Source of the DNA: Eubacteriales bacterium | Lineage (GTDB): Bacteria > Bacillota > Clostridia > Oscillospirales > CAG-272 | DNA length: 64,000 bases | Assembly (NCBI GenBank): GCA_045533505.1 | Contig: JAZSHY010000010.1 | Span: 11,952 to 75,951, forward strand | Direction: 5' to 3' | Shown: positions 1 through 9,165 of the stretch, in pieces | Layout: every line of letters begins with the position of its first letter | Numbering within the stretch: the stretch's first letter is position 1 | Position numbers and translations under genes: made by a program | The notes under the pieces: generated by a model | The model's input: the letters and a program-made list of their open reading frames with translations, nothing else | The model's database searches: none | Told to the model about the DNA's origin: nothing

Positions 1-1353
1 GTTCGGCCCGCGCACCACCTCGGTGCACTCGCCCTCGCCGTCGGGGAGAAGTATCATGCTGTCATCCACGGGGAATGCGGCGGGCAGCGAAAGCGCGGGG
101 GCGGGCCCAAGCTTTGAGGGATCGGTGATTTCGCCGAAGAGGGCCGCGGCCACGGCGGTTTCGGGCGAAACGAGATACACCTCAGCATCCTTGGTTCCGC
201 TTCTGCCTTCAAAGTTGCGGTTGAAGGTACGGAGGCTCACGCCACGGCTTTCGGGCGAAAAGCCCATGCCGATGCACGGACCGCAGGCACATTCGAGAAG
301 CCGTGCTCCTGCCGAAAGAATGTCGGCAAGCGCACCCGAGCGAGAGAGCTCCAACAGCACCTGACGGGAGCCGGGAGAGATAGAGAGCGAAACATTGGGA
401 TGGACGCGGCGCCCACGAAGGAGAGCAGCCACCATCATCATATCGGCAAGCGAGGAATTGGTGCAGGAGCCGATACAAACCTGGCTGACCTTGGTCCCCG
501 CAAGGCTTTCCACCGTCACAACACGGTCGGGCGAATGCGGGCAGGCAATCAACGGCACAAGCGAAGAAAGGTCGATTTCCACCGTTTCGTCATACACGGC
601 ATCGTCATCGGCGGCAAGAGGCGTGTAGTCCTCCTCTCTCCCCTGCGCGGCAAGGAAGCGGCGCGTCATTTCATCCGAGGGGAACACGGAGGAGGTAGCA
701 CCGAGCTCAGCACCCATATTGGTGATGGTGGCACGCTGAGGCACCGTGAGTGTGGTAACGCCCTCACCCGTGTATTCCATTACGGCGCCGACTCCGCCCT
801 TCACACTGAGGCGACGAAGCACCTCAAGAATGACGTCCTTGGCTCCTGCCGGGAAGCGGAGCTGCCCGACAAGATTCACGCGGATGACGCGGGGCATACG
901 GATATAATAGGCACCGCCGCCCATGGCAACCGCCACGTCCAGCCCGCCTGCCCCTATACCAAGCATACCGATACCGCCCGCCGTCGGGGTGTGACTGTCC
1001 GAGCCTATCAGGGTTTTGCCCGGAACACCGAAGCGCTCAAGGTGCACCTGATGGCAAATGCCGTTTCCGGGGCGCGAGAAGCGAATCCCGTGCCTTGCGG
1101 TCACGGTTTGCAGATACCGATGGTCATCCGCATTTTCAAAGCCTGCCTGGAGAGTATTATGATCTACATAGGCAACCGAAAGCTCGGTTTTCACCTTGGG
1201 AATCCCCATCGCCTCAAACTGAAGATAGGCCATGGTGCCCGTGGCATCCTGTGTCAGTGTCTGGTCAATACGGAGAGCAATTTCGCTTCCCTTTTCCGGG
1301 GTGCCCTCCACAATATGTGCATGAATAATTTTCTCGGTTAATGTAAATCCCAC
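1..1353 (-). CDS. Aconitate hydratase (3' end runs off the window)
   Basis: Not in the ORF track. Read by hand from GTG at 1353 after GGAGGA: MGFTLTEKIIHAHIVEG...LRIDQTLTQDATGTMAYLQFEAMG, a typical clostridial aconitase N-terminus. Lies downstream of citrate synthase and GntR. Confidence 0.9.
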   Translation of the reverse strand, partial: MGFTLTEKIIHAHIVEGTPEKGSEIALRIDQTLTQDATGTMAYLQFEAMGIPKVKTELSVAYVDHNTLQAGFENADDHRYLQTVTARHGIRFSRPGNGICHQVHLERFGVPGKTLIGSDSHTPTAGGIGMLGIGAGGLDVAVAMGGGAYYIRMPRVIRVNLVGQLRFPAGAKDVILEVLRRLSVKGGVGAVMEYTGEGVTTLTVPQRATITNMGAELGATSSVFPSDEMTRRFLAAQGREEDYTPLAADDDAVYDETVEIDLSSLVPLIACPHSPDRVVTVESLAGTKVSQVCIGSCTNSSLADMMMVAALLRGRRVHPNVSLSISPGSRQVLLELSRSGALADILSAGARLLECACGPCIGMGFSPESRGVSLRTFNRNFEGRSGTKDAEVYLVSPETAVAAALFGEITDPSKLGPAPALSLPAAFPVDDSMILLPDGEGECTEVVRGPN

Positions 1354-1356
1354 GGC

Positions 1357-1989
1357 TTATTCCTCCAAAAGCTTTAACAAATTCATATAGGCATTTTCCA
1401 CATGGAGCACCGTCAGGCGCTCCGCCGCATCCCCGTCATGCGAGACGATGGCCTCATAAATAGCGCGATGCTCGGCCACCGAGGACTCGGCACGGCCTTC
1501 CGAAAAAAGAGAACGGCGGCGAAAGAAGCCCGTTTGCCGATGCAGGCGGGAAAGCGTGCTGACAAGAATACGGCTGTCACAAAGCGCATACACCGCATCG
1601 TGAAAGGCATGATCCAGCTCCTTCAAGGTGTCGGCACCCCGTGTCACAAAGAACTCCTGCATTTCCACAATCTCGCGCAGCCGATGCTCTGCGGCCTCGG
1701 TCACCCTTTCTGCGGCGCGGCGCGAGGCAAGCCCCTCAATACGACGGCGAATCTCATAAATATCCGCCAAATCCTCACGGGTAATCCCCACCACCACAGC
1801 ACTGCGATTGGGCTGAATCCGCACAAGGCCATCACGCTCAAGACGGTGCAACGCCTCACGCACGGGCGTGCGGGAAGCCCCCGTCTCCTCACAGATGCGC
1901 GCTTCGGTCAAGGGCTCGCCTTGACGCAGGACGCCCGTCAGAATTTTTTCCTCTATCGCGGTATATACCGCGTTTTCCAGCTCTGACAT
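1357..1989 (-). CDS. GntR/FadR-family transcriptional regulator (FCD domain)
   Basis: N-terminal wHTH (LTEARICEETGASRTPVREAL) and FCD signature (DHAFH...EHRAIYEAI...H). Confidence 0.93.
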   Translation of the reverse strand: MSELENAVYTAIEEKILTGVLRQGEPLTEARICEETGASRTPVREALHRLERDGLVRIQPNRSAVVVGITREDLADIYEIRRRIEGLASRRAAERVTEAAEHRLREIVEMQEFFVTRGADTLKELDHAFHDAVYALCDSRILVSTLSRLHRQTGFFRRRSLFSEGRAESSVAEHRAIYEAIVSHDGDAAERLTVLHVENAYMNLLKLLEE

Positions 1990-1990
1990 A

Positions 1991-3370
1991 TCAGTCGCTT
2001 ACCGTAAAACGCCCCGGTGCTACCGCTTCCACGATTTCCTCAAGCTCCTCGTCTCCCATAACCGTGGTTCGGCCATCCTCATAAAGGGCATCTACCTTTT
2101 CCTTAATCGTCACAACGAGAGGATTCTGCTTGGAAAGCGCATCGTCTCCCTTCAAGCCGTAATGCATGTTCATCCAGTAAGCAATACCCGCAAGGCCGGA
2201 GGTGTTGCTGACCGAAACCATAGGGGGGCGCCCGAGAATGGCCTCGGTGTCAAATACATTGTAAATTTCAGGGTCCTTGATCATGCCGTCAGCATGCACC
2301 CCCGCACGCGTCAGATTGAAGCTCTCCCCGACAAAAGGAGTCATCGGGGGTATATCATACCCAAGCTCTTCCTTGAAATAGTTGGCGATTTCCGTGATAA
2401 CGGTGGTGTCCATTCCGTTGGTGGTTCCGCAAAGCGAGGCATACTGCACCACCATCGCCTCAAGCGGCACATTGCCCGTGCGCTCACCAATGCCGAGAAG
2501 CGAGCAGTTCACACTCGATGCCCCGTAAAGCCATGCCGAAACCGCATTGGCAACCGCAAGATAGAAATCGTTATGTCCATGCCATTCAAGATACTGAGAA
2601 TCCACGTCGGCATAGTGATTAAGGCCGTACACAATCCCCGGCACGCTTCGCGGAAGGGCAACACCGGGATACGGCACACCGTATCCCATCGTATCGCACA
2701 TACGGATACGCACGGGAATACCTGCCTGACGGGACATGGCGGTCAGCTCATTGACAAACGGAACCACAAAACCGTAAAAATCGGCACGGGTGATGTCCTC
2801 AAGATGACAGCGCGGCACAATGCCGTGCTCGAAGGCCTGAGCCACAACCGAAAGGTAATGATTCATGGCCTCGCGGCGCGTCATTTTCATCTTCTTGAAG
2901 ATATGATAGTCCGAGCAGGAAACCAAAATCCCCGTTTCGTGAATACCGATGTCCTTGACAAGGCGAAAATCCTCGTCACGCGCGCGAATCCATGTGGTGA
3001 TCTCTGGGAAACGGTAGCCGAGCGAAAGACATCTCTCCACCGCTTCCCTATCCTTTTTGGTATAGACGAAAAATTCGCTCTGGCGAATGATTCCGTTCGG
3101 CCCGCCAAGGCGCGCTTCCATCTTATAAAGCTCCTCGATTTGCTTTGCCGTATAAGGGGCGCGGGACTGCTGACCGTCACGGAAGGTAGTGTCGGTTATC
3201 CATATTTCCCCTGGCATATTTTCGGGCACGCGCCGATGGTTGAAGGCAATCATCGGAATCTGCTTGTAATCGTAAAGGTCTCGATAAAGATTCGGCTCCT
3301 CTACATCCTGAAGAGAATACTTATACTGAGAAATTTCCAGCAAATTGCTGTGCGGGTTCTTTTTTACCAT
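1991..3370 (-). CDS. Re-citrate synthase (DRE-TIM / isopropylmalate synthase-like)
   Basis: DTTFRDGQQ, HGHNDF and GIGERTGN motifs; no LeuA regulatory domain; operonic with aconitase. Start moved to ATG 3370 behind AGGAGG. Confidence 0.85.
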   Translation of the reverse strand: MVKKNPHSNLLEISQYKYSLQDVEEPNLYRDLYDYKQIPMIAFNHRRVPENMPGEIWITDTTFRDGQQSRAPYTAKQIEELYKMEARLGGPNGIIRQSEFFVYTKKDREAVERCLSLGYRFPEITTWIRARDEDFRLVKDIGIHETGILVSCSDYHIFKKMKMTRREAMNHYLSVVAQAFEHGIVPRCHLEDITRADFYGFVVPFVNELTAMSRQAGIPVRIRMCDTMGYGVPYPGVALPRSVPGIVYGLNHYADVDSQYLEWHGHNDFYLAVANAVSAWLYGASSVNCSLLGIGERTGNVPLEAMVVQYASLCGTTNGMDTTVITEIANYFKEELGYDIPPMTPFVGESFNLTRAGVHADGMIKDPEIYNVFDTEAILGRPPMVSVSNTSGLAGIAYWMNMHYGLKGDDALSKQNPLVVTIKEKVDALYEDGRTTVMGDEELEEIVEAVAPGRFTVSD

Positions 3371-3383
3371 AACGAGCTCCTCC

Positions 3384-3407
3384 TGTATAATTGTATACAA
3401 TTATACA
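3384..3407. promoter_or_regulatory. 24-bp perfect palindrome, probable GntR operator
   Basis: TGTATAATTGTATACAATTATACA is self-complementary and sits between the -10 box and the RBS of the citrate synthase operon. Confidence 0.75.
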
Positions 3408-3410
3408 ATG

Positions 3411-3439
3411 ATTATAGTGCATCCAGTGGCGTTTGTCAA
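3411..3439 (-). promoter_or_regulatory. Sigma-A promoter of the citrate synthase-GntR-aconitase operon
   Basis: TTGACA (3439-3434), 17 bp spacer, TATAAT (3416-3411). Confidence 0.85.
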
Positions 3440-3449
3440 GAGAAAACAC

Positions 3450-3480
3450 AGAAAAATCCTCCCAAAAGGAGGATTTTTCT
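3450..3480 (-). terminator. Intrinsic terminator after the CBM9-like gene
   Basis: AGAAAAATCCTCC-CAAAA-GGAGGATTTTTCT inverted repeat. Confidence 0.7.
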
Positions 3481-4096
3481 ACAGTGCTTCCTGCGACAGC
3501 GTAAGTCTGCCGAAGAACTCGGGGCGATGGTAGTCGGGGGCCTCGGTTTCCACCTTGTTCCAGGTGGCGTAATGCTCCTTCACCGTGAGATCTCCGCATT
3601 TGTAAAAATTCACACGCCACTCATCGGAGTGCCCTCCGAAGCAACGGTCAATAAAGGCATAGGGAATAAAAACCGCAAGGCTCCAGCCCTCCTTCGGACG
3701 AATGGAGGTCTCTATCCGAAGTCCTTCGCCCGAGATGTCAAGAAGGCGTCGTCCCATTCGCCCCTCCCCGATGCCCACATGCGGAATGCCAAACGGATTG
3801 ACCTCTATGTTGATATACTCGCGCCCCTCCAAGCTCGGGATGAAAAAGAATTCCATGCAGCTATCCTCGCAAACCTCGGTGTTTGGCTCACGGGGCAGAG
3901 CGCGAAGAGGCCACTCGGTGCTCGAAAGGCGAACCGTAACGCCCTCGTCGCTATGGACAAGACGCGCCTCGGTCCTGTATGGAATAGGGCTGTATTCCGG
4001 CCATGTAAAAGTCAGCGGAGCAACCACTGCCCTTTCCCAGCACGGATCCGACGGGCCGAGGGGCGAGGCGGCTTTTTTGGCAATGTAAGCTTCCAT
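3479..4096 (-). CDS. Carbohydrate-binding family 9-like (DOMON) protein
   Basis: VCEDSCMEFF, YINIEVNPFG, NFYKCGD and PDYHRPEFFG are characteristic of stand-alone CBM9-like proteins. Confidence 0.85.
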   Translation of the reverse strand: MEAYIAKKAASPLGPSDPCWERAVVAPLTFTWPEYSPIPYRTEARLVHSDEGVTVRLSSTEWPLRALPREPNTEVCEDSCMEFFFIPSLEGREYINIEVNPFGIPHVGIGEGRMGRRLLDISGEGLRIETSIRPKEGWSLAVFIPYAFIDRCFGGHSDEWRVNFYKCGDLTVKEHYATWNKVETEAPDYHRPEFFGRLTLSQEAL

Positions 4097-4108
4097 AGCA
4101 CTGTCTCC

Positions 4109-4321
4109 TTATGGTTTTTTCTTTTTCGCGCGGAGTGCTTCACGCGTACCGTCGGGGCGTTCCACCACCGTAGTATCCAAAAGCCCACGCAGAGATGCAC
4201 GGTAGGAGGCAATATATTCCTCCCTCAGCTTCTTCTGCTCGGCAAGCTCGGCCTCGGAAAGCGGAGCCTTCTTGCTTTTTCTTGCCAGCTCATTGATTCT
4301 TTGCAGCTTTGCTTCTTCCAT
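4109..4321 (-). CDS. DUF896 (UPF0291) family protein
   Basis: RINELARKSK...LSEAELAEQKKLREEYI pattern, 70 aa. Confidence 0.9.
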   Translation of the reverse strand: MEEAKLQRINELARKSKKAPLSEAELAEQKKLREEYIASYRASLRGLLDTTVVERPDGTREALRAKKKKP

Positions 4322-4324
4322 ATC

Positions 4325-4738
4325 TCACACCAACACCTTCAAAAGGACAAGCAGCACGAGCGCGGCGGCAAGGAAGCCGACACCCACGTAAAAATAGAAG
4401 GAAGATGCACCTGTGTTTTGTATGGGGGCAGGAGTCAAGGACTCCTCCTCATCGATAAGAGCCTCGTCCTCGGAAAAGGCGTCCTCCTCGGAAAGCGGAG
4501 CATCCCTATGGCTGATGAGCAGGGAAAGCTGCTTGGCAACGAGGGTGCTTTTTATATCTATTTCGGCAAGACTCTGTATCGCCTCGGTGCGCTCGGGGGA
4601 ATCCTCCTTTCCCGCAATGGCATCGACAAGACCGGCGCAGTGAGGGCAAAGCAAAAGGGGATTGCCCGAAGGGTCAATCATCAAAATCGGAGCAGACTCA
4701 CCGTCAAATTCCGAAAGGCATACGCAACAAGTAGACAT
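4325..4738 (-). CDS. Hypothetical protein with two CxxC pairs and a C-terminal TM helix
   Basis: Start at ATG 4738 (MSTCCVC...CPHC), acidic linker, hydrophobic C-terminus. Confidence 0.7.
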   Translation of the reverse strand: MSTCCVCLSEFDGESAPILMIDPSGNPLLLCPHCAGLVDAIAGKEDSPERTEAIQSLAEIDIKSTLVAKQLSLLISHRDAPLSEEDAFSEDEALIDEEESLTPAPIQNTGASSFYFYVGVGFLAAALVLLVLLKVLV

Positions 4739-4768
4739 ACCCCTATCCTTTCTGTTTTTTCTATCCTT

Positions 4769-4807
4769 ATTATATCCCATTATATCCCACTGTGCCGGGT
4801 TTGTCAA
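4769..4807 (-). promoter_or_regulatory. Sigma-A promoter with duplicated -10
   Basis: TTGACA (4807-4802), 17 bp, TATAAT (4784-4779); the unit GGGATATAAT occurs twice in tandem. Confidence 0.75.
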
Positions 4808-4905
4808 TCACCTTCGCGATTTCTTCTCTTGCATTTCGGGGAGGACTGTGTTAAAATAGAGAAAAGGCCGTGTGCCGAAAATGGACACCGAGGAAGGAGC
4901 TTGCG

Positions 4906-5097
4906 ATGGAAAAAAAGAAGCAGGTGACGAGCTGCGAAACCTGTATTCACCACGTCTTTGATGAAGACTTCTATGCCTATTTCTGCGACATGCTCTTGGA
5001 CGAGGATGAGCTTTCGCGCTATGCCTTCGGCAATCGGGCGAGCTGCCCCTTTTATCAGTTTCACGATGAATACATAAATGTTCGAAAGCAGATATGA
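4906..5097 (+). CDS. Small Cys-rich protein, DUF6472-like
   Basis: SCETC...YFCDMLLDEDE...CPFYQFHDEYINVRKQI; AAGGAG RBS before ATG 4906; followed by a terminator. Confidence 0.8.
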   Translation: MEKKKQVTSCETCIHHVFDEDFYAYFCDMLLDEDELSRYAFGNRASCPFYQFHDEYINVRKQI

Positions 5098-5123
5098 AAG
5101 CCCCGAGGGGGCTTTTCTTTTTT
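5098..5123 (+). terminator. Intrinsic terminator
   Basis: AAAGCCCC...GGGGCTTT stem followed by a T run. Confidence 0.7.
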
Positions 5124-5218
5124 CACCGAAAAAGAATTGCCTATAAACCAAAAGACGGAAGCAAACGGTATGCCTCGCCCCATGAGAGGTAAGGAATGGG
5201 CAAGATGGCTTCCCCCGG

Positions 5219-5256
5219 AAAAACAAAAAGCACACCGAAGTGTGCTTTTTGTTTTT
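5219..5256 (-). terminator. Strong (bidirectional-type) terminator after the lipoprotein gene
   Basis: 17-bp perfect inverted repeat AAAAACAAAAAGCACAC with a c(UUCG)g loop on the minus strand. Confidence 0.85.
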
Positions 5257-5275
5257 GTAACGGACGGAATTCCGT

Positions 5276-7453
5276 TTATTGGATATCGTACTGATACGTG
5301 ACTGTGGAGCCTTCCTCCAAGGTGACAAAGGCGGAGAAGGCAGCGCTCGGCGCGGAGGTCACATCCACGATGATTTCGTGAGCGAAGCCGCCGGCAAAGG
5401 TGCCCAGGGTCACCTGGCACTTGTCGGCACTCGGACCCGAAAGCTGACCAAGACCGTTCACCGCGAAGGAGAGCGAGCCAACGTTGTACTGAATCACGTC
5501 GTTAGCGCTCGGGGCGGTATCGGTGGCCTGCGTGTAGATGTAGAGGTTGTTGCCCTTGCGGACATACGAGGTCACAACGTTGTCGTAGGCCGCGGTACCC
5601 GAGAGAGGCTCGCCCTCAGCATCGGTCGGCGTGTAGACAAGGTCGTTACCCTTGGCATAGTCAGCATCCTTCACACCGTCATCACCGTCGATCTCCACGG
5701 TGTAGTGGGTAGCGGAAAGCTGGAAGATAGCGGGGGCGGCAGCCTCAAGGTCAATATATCTGAGGTCACGCGTACCGCAGGATGCCATGTAGGGATAGGT
5801 TACGGCATCAAAGGTCTCCCACTCGGGAGCAGGATACATACCGGTAACGTCGGCAGCATCGTACTTAGGAACGGTGGGAAGATTGTCGTCGTGGCCATCG
5901 GGGAGATAGGTAAGGTCATTATACTGGAAGAGGAAGAAGAGGAACTCACCGGGCTCAACCACGCCCTGGTCAATACGCTCAAAGTCGCTTCCGATGTAGC
6001 CCGTGAAATCCTCCTGTCTCAGGGGGAGACGGATTTCGATAACATAATCGTCGTCGTCAATCTTCTTGGTCGCAGACTGGATATCGTCAAAGAACATGGA
6101 CTTCTGTGCATCTACCGCCGTGTGGTTCGGGAACTCACCGTGGTCGGTAACTACCTTTTCTCTGGCATCGCAAAGAACCGTGCTGTAGGTAGGATAGGTA
6201 TCTCTGTCGGAGCGCTTTTCGGCGTTCCAAGGAAGACCGGCCTTAATCTCGGGGATTTCGTAGCCGCCGAGCTTATAGGAGAATTCCATGGCATCGTTGT
6301 GCCAGGAGTTCTGCCAGAAGGTGTATTCCTTGCTTCTCGGGTTGTAGGTTTCATCGTGAATCTTGATGGCAACATAGAGATAAGGAACGTCCTCGCCGCC
6401 CTCCTCCTCGGTAGCCCAAAGAGCATACATGGTGAAGCCGGTCTTCTCGCGAGCCTCAAGAGCCCTACTCTGGATCCACAAATCCGAGAAGCCGATGTAC
6501 TCGTAGGGGTTCACGAGCATATCGTTGGTGAGGCCCTGTGCGGGAGCCTGATACGTAGTGGAAATCTGTGCGCTGGCGTAGTAGGCGGGGTCAATCACGC
6601 CGTCCACGGTAACGCCCTCATCCACAAAGAGAACCTGACGGTCAGCACCGAGAGCACGAATGAACACGATGGCATCGTGAGAGATGTCACCCTCATTGGA
6701 AATGTTGTCCTTGCCGCCAACCTCGGCGTATGTAATAACAACCTTGTAATAGCCTGCTTCGGTGATTACAGTAGAGGACTGGGCAACAGGATTGGCACCC
6801 GCAGCATCGTCCACCTTGTAAAGCGCAAAATGACGCTCAAGACCGGCGGTAAGATCACCCGTGGCAATTCCGGCATCGGCCACATCAATGCTGATCCCAT
6901 CATAGTAGAAGGTCTCGTAATCCATGGCGCCGAAATCGACATCGTCAGAGTCGATGCTCATAGGAGTGATAACAAAGGTGTCCACAATAGGAGACGGCAA
7001 ACTATACAGCTTATCCTCTGCCTTGGCACCGGGAGCCCAAGAAAAGCTCAGGGTTACCTGATAGGTACCTGCTTCAATAGGCTTAGCGGTGGTAGGATCG
7101 CCGATGGGGTCGCCCGAAACGGCGTCTACCTTCTGGAAGGTAAAGGAAGGAAGCACCTTACCGTACCTCATGCCCTGCGCACGGCAGTTTGTAATCTCAT
7201 GGCCCGTGTAAGCGGCATCGGGCGCATCGAGAGTAACCTCCGCCACATGGGGGTGAATAGTACCCGCGGGAGGTGCCGTGGTGACGGGCGCCGTGGTAGT
7301 AGGCGCCGTGGTAGTAGGCGCTGTAGTGGTGGGCGCCGTGGTGGTAGTGGGCGCCGTGGTATCCTCAGGATCCTTTGTTCCGCAAGAAGCGATGCAAAGA
7401 GTCAAAAGAACCAACGCCATCACAAGAATAAGCAATTTGAAATGGGTCTTCAT
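5276..7453 (-). CDS. Large surface lipoprotein with Thr/Pro linker and CBM9/DOMON-like sugar-binding domain(s)
   Basis: Signal peptide with lipobox (LTLCIASC), PTTTA repeats, Ig-like segments, and VTVDGVIDPAY...YLYVAIKIHD...NDAMEF...YVIEIRLP (DOMON-like). Start ATG 7453 behind AAGGAG. Confidence 0.75.
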   Translation of the reverse strand: MKTHFKLLILVMALVLLTLCIASCGTKDPEDTTAPTTTTAPTTTAPTTTAPTTTAPVTTAPPAGTIHPHVAEVTLDAPDAAYTGHEITNCRAQGMRYGKVLPSFTFQKVDAVSGDPIGDPTTAKPIEAGTYQVTLSFSWAPGAKAEDKLYSLPSPIVDTFVITPMSIDSDDVDFGAMDYETFYYDGISIDVADAGIATGDLTAGLERHFALYKVDDAAGANPVAQSSTVITEAGYYKVVITYAEVGGKDNISNEGDISHDAIVFIRALGADRQVLFVDEGVTVDGVIDPAYYASAQISTTYQAPAQGLTNDMLVNPYEYIGFSDLWIQSRALEAREKTGFTMYALWATEEEGGEDVPYLYVAIKIHDETYNPRSKEYTFWQNSWHNDAMEFSYKLGGYEIPEIKAGLPWNAEKRSDRDTYPTYSTVLCDAREKVVTDHGEFPNHTAVDAQKSMFFDDIQSATKKIDDDDYVIEIRLPLRQEDFTGYIGSDFERIDQGVVEPGEFLFFLFQYNDLTYLPDGHDDNLPTVPKYDAADVTGMYPAPEWETFDAVTYPYMASCGTRDLRYIDLEAAAPAIFQLSATHYTVEIDGDDGVKDADYAKGNDLVYTPTDAEGEPLSGTAAYDNVVTSYVRKGNNLYIYTQATDTAPSANDVIQYNVGSLSFAVNGLGQLSGPSADKCQVTLGTFAGGFAHEIIVDVTSAPSAAFSAFVTLEEGSTVTYQYDIQ
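7272..7360 (-). repeat. Coding minisatellite, about six 15-bp units (PTTTA)
   Basis: GGCGCCGTGGTAGTA-type units repeated with synonymous variation. Confidence 0.9.
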
Positions 7454-7644
7454 GTACGCAACTCCTTTTATTTTTTGTAAAACAAAACAATCGAGGGGAA
7501 AATGGGCGAAAAACACCTACAATCCCTTTAATATTATAGCACGGGGCTACCTGTTTGTAAAGAGTGAAAAACCAAAATCGACAGAATTACCAAATTAGCT
7601 GTTTGGTTTTTGGTCAAAAAGATAGAAACAGATTTTTCCCTCCC

Positions 7645-8364
7645 TTAAATCGAAACATTTTCTCCCTTTGCGGAGGCCAAAAGCAGGCGGACAGCCTCAG
7701 CGGCAAGCATGAGCCCTGCCACGGCAGGGACATAGGCGCAGGAGCCGATTGAAACCGCAGGATCAAGCGAGGGACGGGGCGTCTCCCGCGAAGTGAGAAC
7801 ACGCAAATGGTGAACGCCGAGACGCCGCAGCCGTGTGCGCACTGCACGTGCCAAAGGGCACCCTTCGGTTTTCGCTATGTCGGTAAAGCAGAGCGCGGAG
7901 GGGTCGAGACGGTTGCCCGTGCCAAGACAAGTGAGAATCGGTATGCCACGCACCGAAGCCTCATGTGCCACCGAAACCTTGACGGGAACGTCATCCACCG
8001 CATCCAATATCAGAGAGGGGGAAACGTCGGCGAGGAACGAAGAAATCTCCTCGGGAACAAGCCGATGAGTGCAAGGATGCACCACCGTGCGATGCGAAAG
8101 GAGGGCGGCACGTGACACTGCTACCTCGGCCTTTTTGAGGCCAATCGTGGTCTCATCTGCCAAAAGCTGGCGATTCATGTTGCTTTCGCTCACAGTATCG
8201 AAATCACAAACCGTTATCTCGCCTATCCCTGTGCGAACGAGAGCGTCAAAGGCGTGGCCGCCAACGCCTCCAAGACCAAGAAGCAGCACATGCGAGGACG
8301 CAAGGTGGGAAAGGGCTTCCTCCCCAAGAAGGGCGGCAGTACGCGAAAGGCGCGGATCCGTCAT
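7645..8364 (-). CDS. tcdA: tRNA threonylcarbamoyladenosine dehydratase (ThiF family)
   Basis: GLGGVGG, DFDTVSESNMNRQ and DIAKTEGCPLAR motifs. Confidence 0.85.
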   Translation of the reverse strand: MTDPRLSRTAALLGEEALSHLASSHVLLLGLGGVGGHAFDALVRTGIGEITVCDFDTVSESNMNRQLLADETTIGLKKAEVAVSRAALLSHRTVVHPCTHRLVPEEISSFLADVSPSLILDAVDDVPVKVSVAHEASVRGIPILTCLGTGNRLDPSALCFTDIAKTEGCPLARAVRTRLRRLGVHHLRVLTSRETPRPSLDPAVSIGSCAYVPAVAGLMLAAEAVRLLLASAKGENVSI

Positions 8365-9065
8365 GCCGATTCACCTCCAAATCGAGCGCCGAGCACAAGG
8401 AAGAGAACCAGAACAGCCATTACCACAAAAAGAAGCGAAAGGAAAAAGACGAGCAAGCTTTTCCCGCGGAAGCGATAATGCTCTTCCCTTTTCGTCTGCT
8501 TGCTCGCTTGAGAGGCAGCTCCCAGTCTGCTCGCGCGGCGGAGCACTTCTGTAAAGGGCTTGTAGAGAAGCATCACAAGCGAGGCATTGAACACAGATTT
8601 TACAGCATTAAAGGGTAAAAGCAGTGGCAGAAGCATGGCCTTCACAGCCTCTCTGGGGGCGCCCGTGTAAAGGGGAGTAATCAGAAGATTGGCCCCCATC
8701 ATGACCGCTGTCTGACAACAAACGGCAGCAACAAGAGCAAGCACCGCCCCTTTCAGAGTTTTGCGACAGTTATATAAAAGAGAAGCAGTCACCGAAAAGG
8801 ACATGGTGGAAAGCACATCCATGAGAAGCCCCCACGGACCTGTCGTGCCCACCGTTATGCTTTCAAGAACGGGAACGGCAAGAGAAAGTGAAACAGCCGT
8901 TGTGGGGCCAAGAAAAAGGCTTCCCATGGCGATGACGGCATCCTTAATATCAAACGAAAGAAATTGTACCTTAGGTACAGGAAGCAGAACACAAAGATAC
9001 GAGAGCGCGCAAAAAAGGGCTGTAAGGGTAAGGTGCTCTGCCATTTTACGATTTGAATGAGACAT
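8361..9065 (-). CDS. ECF transporter S component (RibU-like)
   Basis: FLSFDIKD, several TM helices and LLPFNAVK motif. Confidence 0.85.
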   Translation of the reverse strand: MSHSNRKMAEHLTLTALFCALSYLCVLLPVPKVQFLSFDIKDAVIAMGSLFLGPTTAVSLSLAVPVLESITVGTTGPWGLLMDVLSTMSFSVTASLLYNCRKTLKGAVLALVAAVCCQTAVMMGANLLITPLYTGAPREAVKAMLLPLLLPFNAVKSVFNASLVMLLYKPFTEVLRRASRLGAASQASKQTKREEHYRFRGKSLLVFFLSLLFVVMAVLVLFLVLGARFGGESA

Positions 9066-9127
9066 ATAATTACCTCATAATGCGGCAGATGCCGCAAAAA
9101 AGCTCACAGGCGGGGGCTCCGCCCGGT

Positions 9128-9165
9128 AAAAGAAGCGACGGATACGCGACAAGCGCGTATCCGCC
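9128..9165 (-). terminator. Probable terminator after tuf
   Basis: GGCGGATACGCG-CTTGT-CGCGTATCCGTC followed by GCTTCTTTT. Confidence 0.65.

Noticed and set aside
5124-5218. Spacer between two terminators with GGAAGC/GCTTCC ends, possible small RNA
   Set aside because: Internal pairing is weak and no promoter is visible.
7272-7360. Short tandem repeats as a possible CRISPR array
   Set aside because: No spacers, in-frame Thr/Pro linker, and no cas genes.
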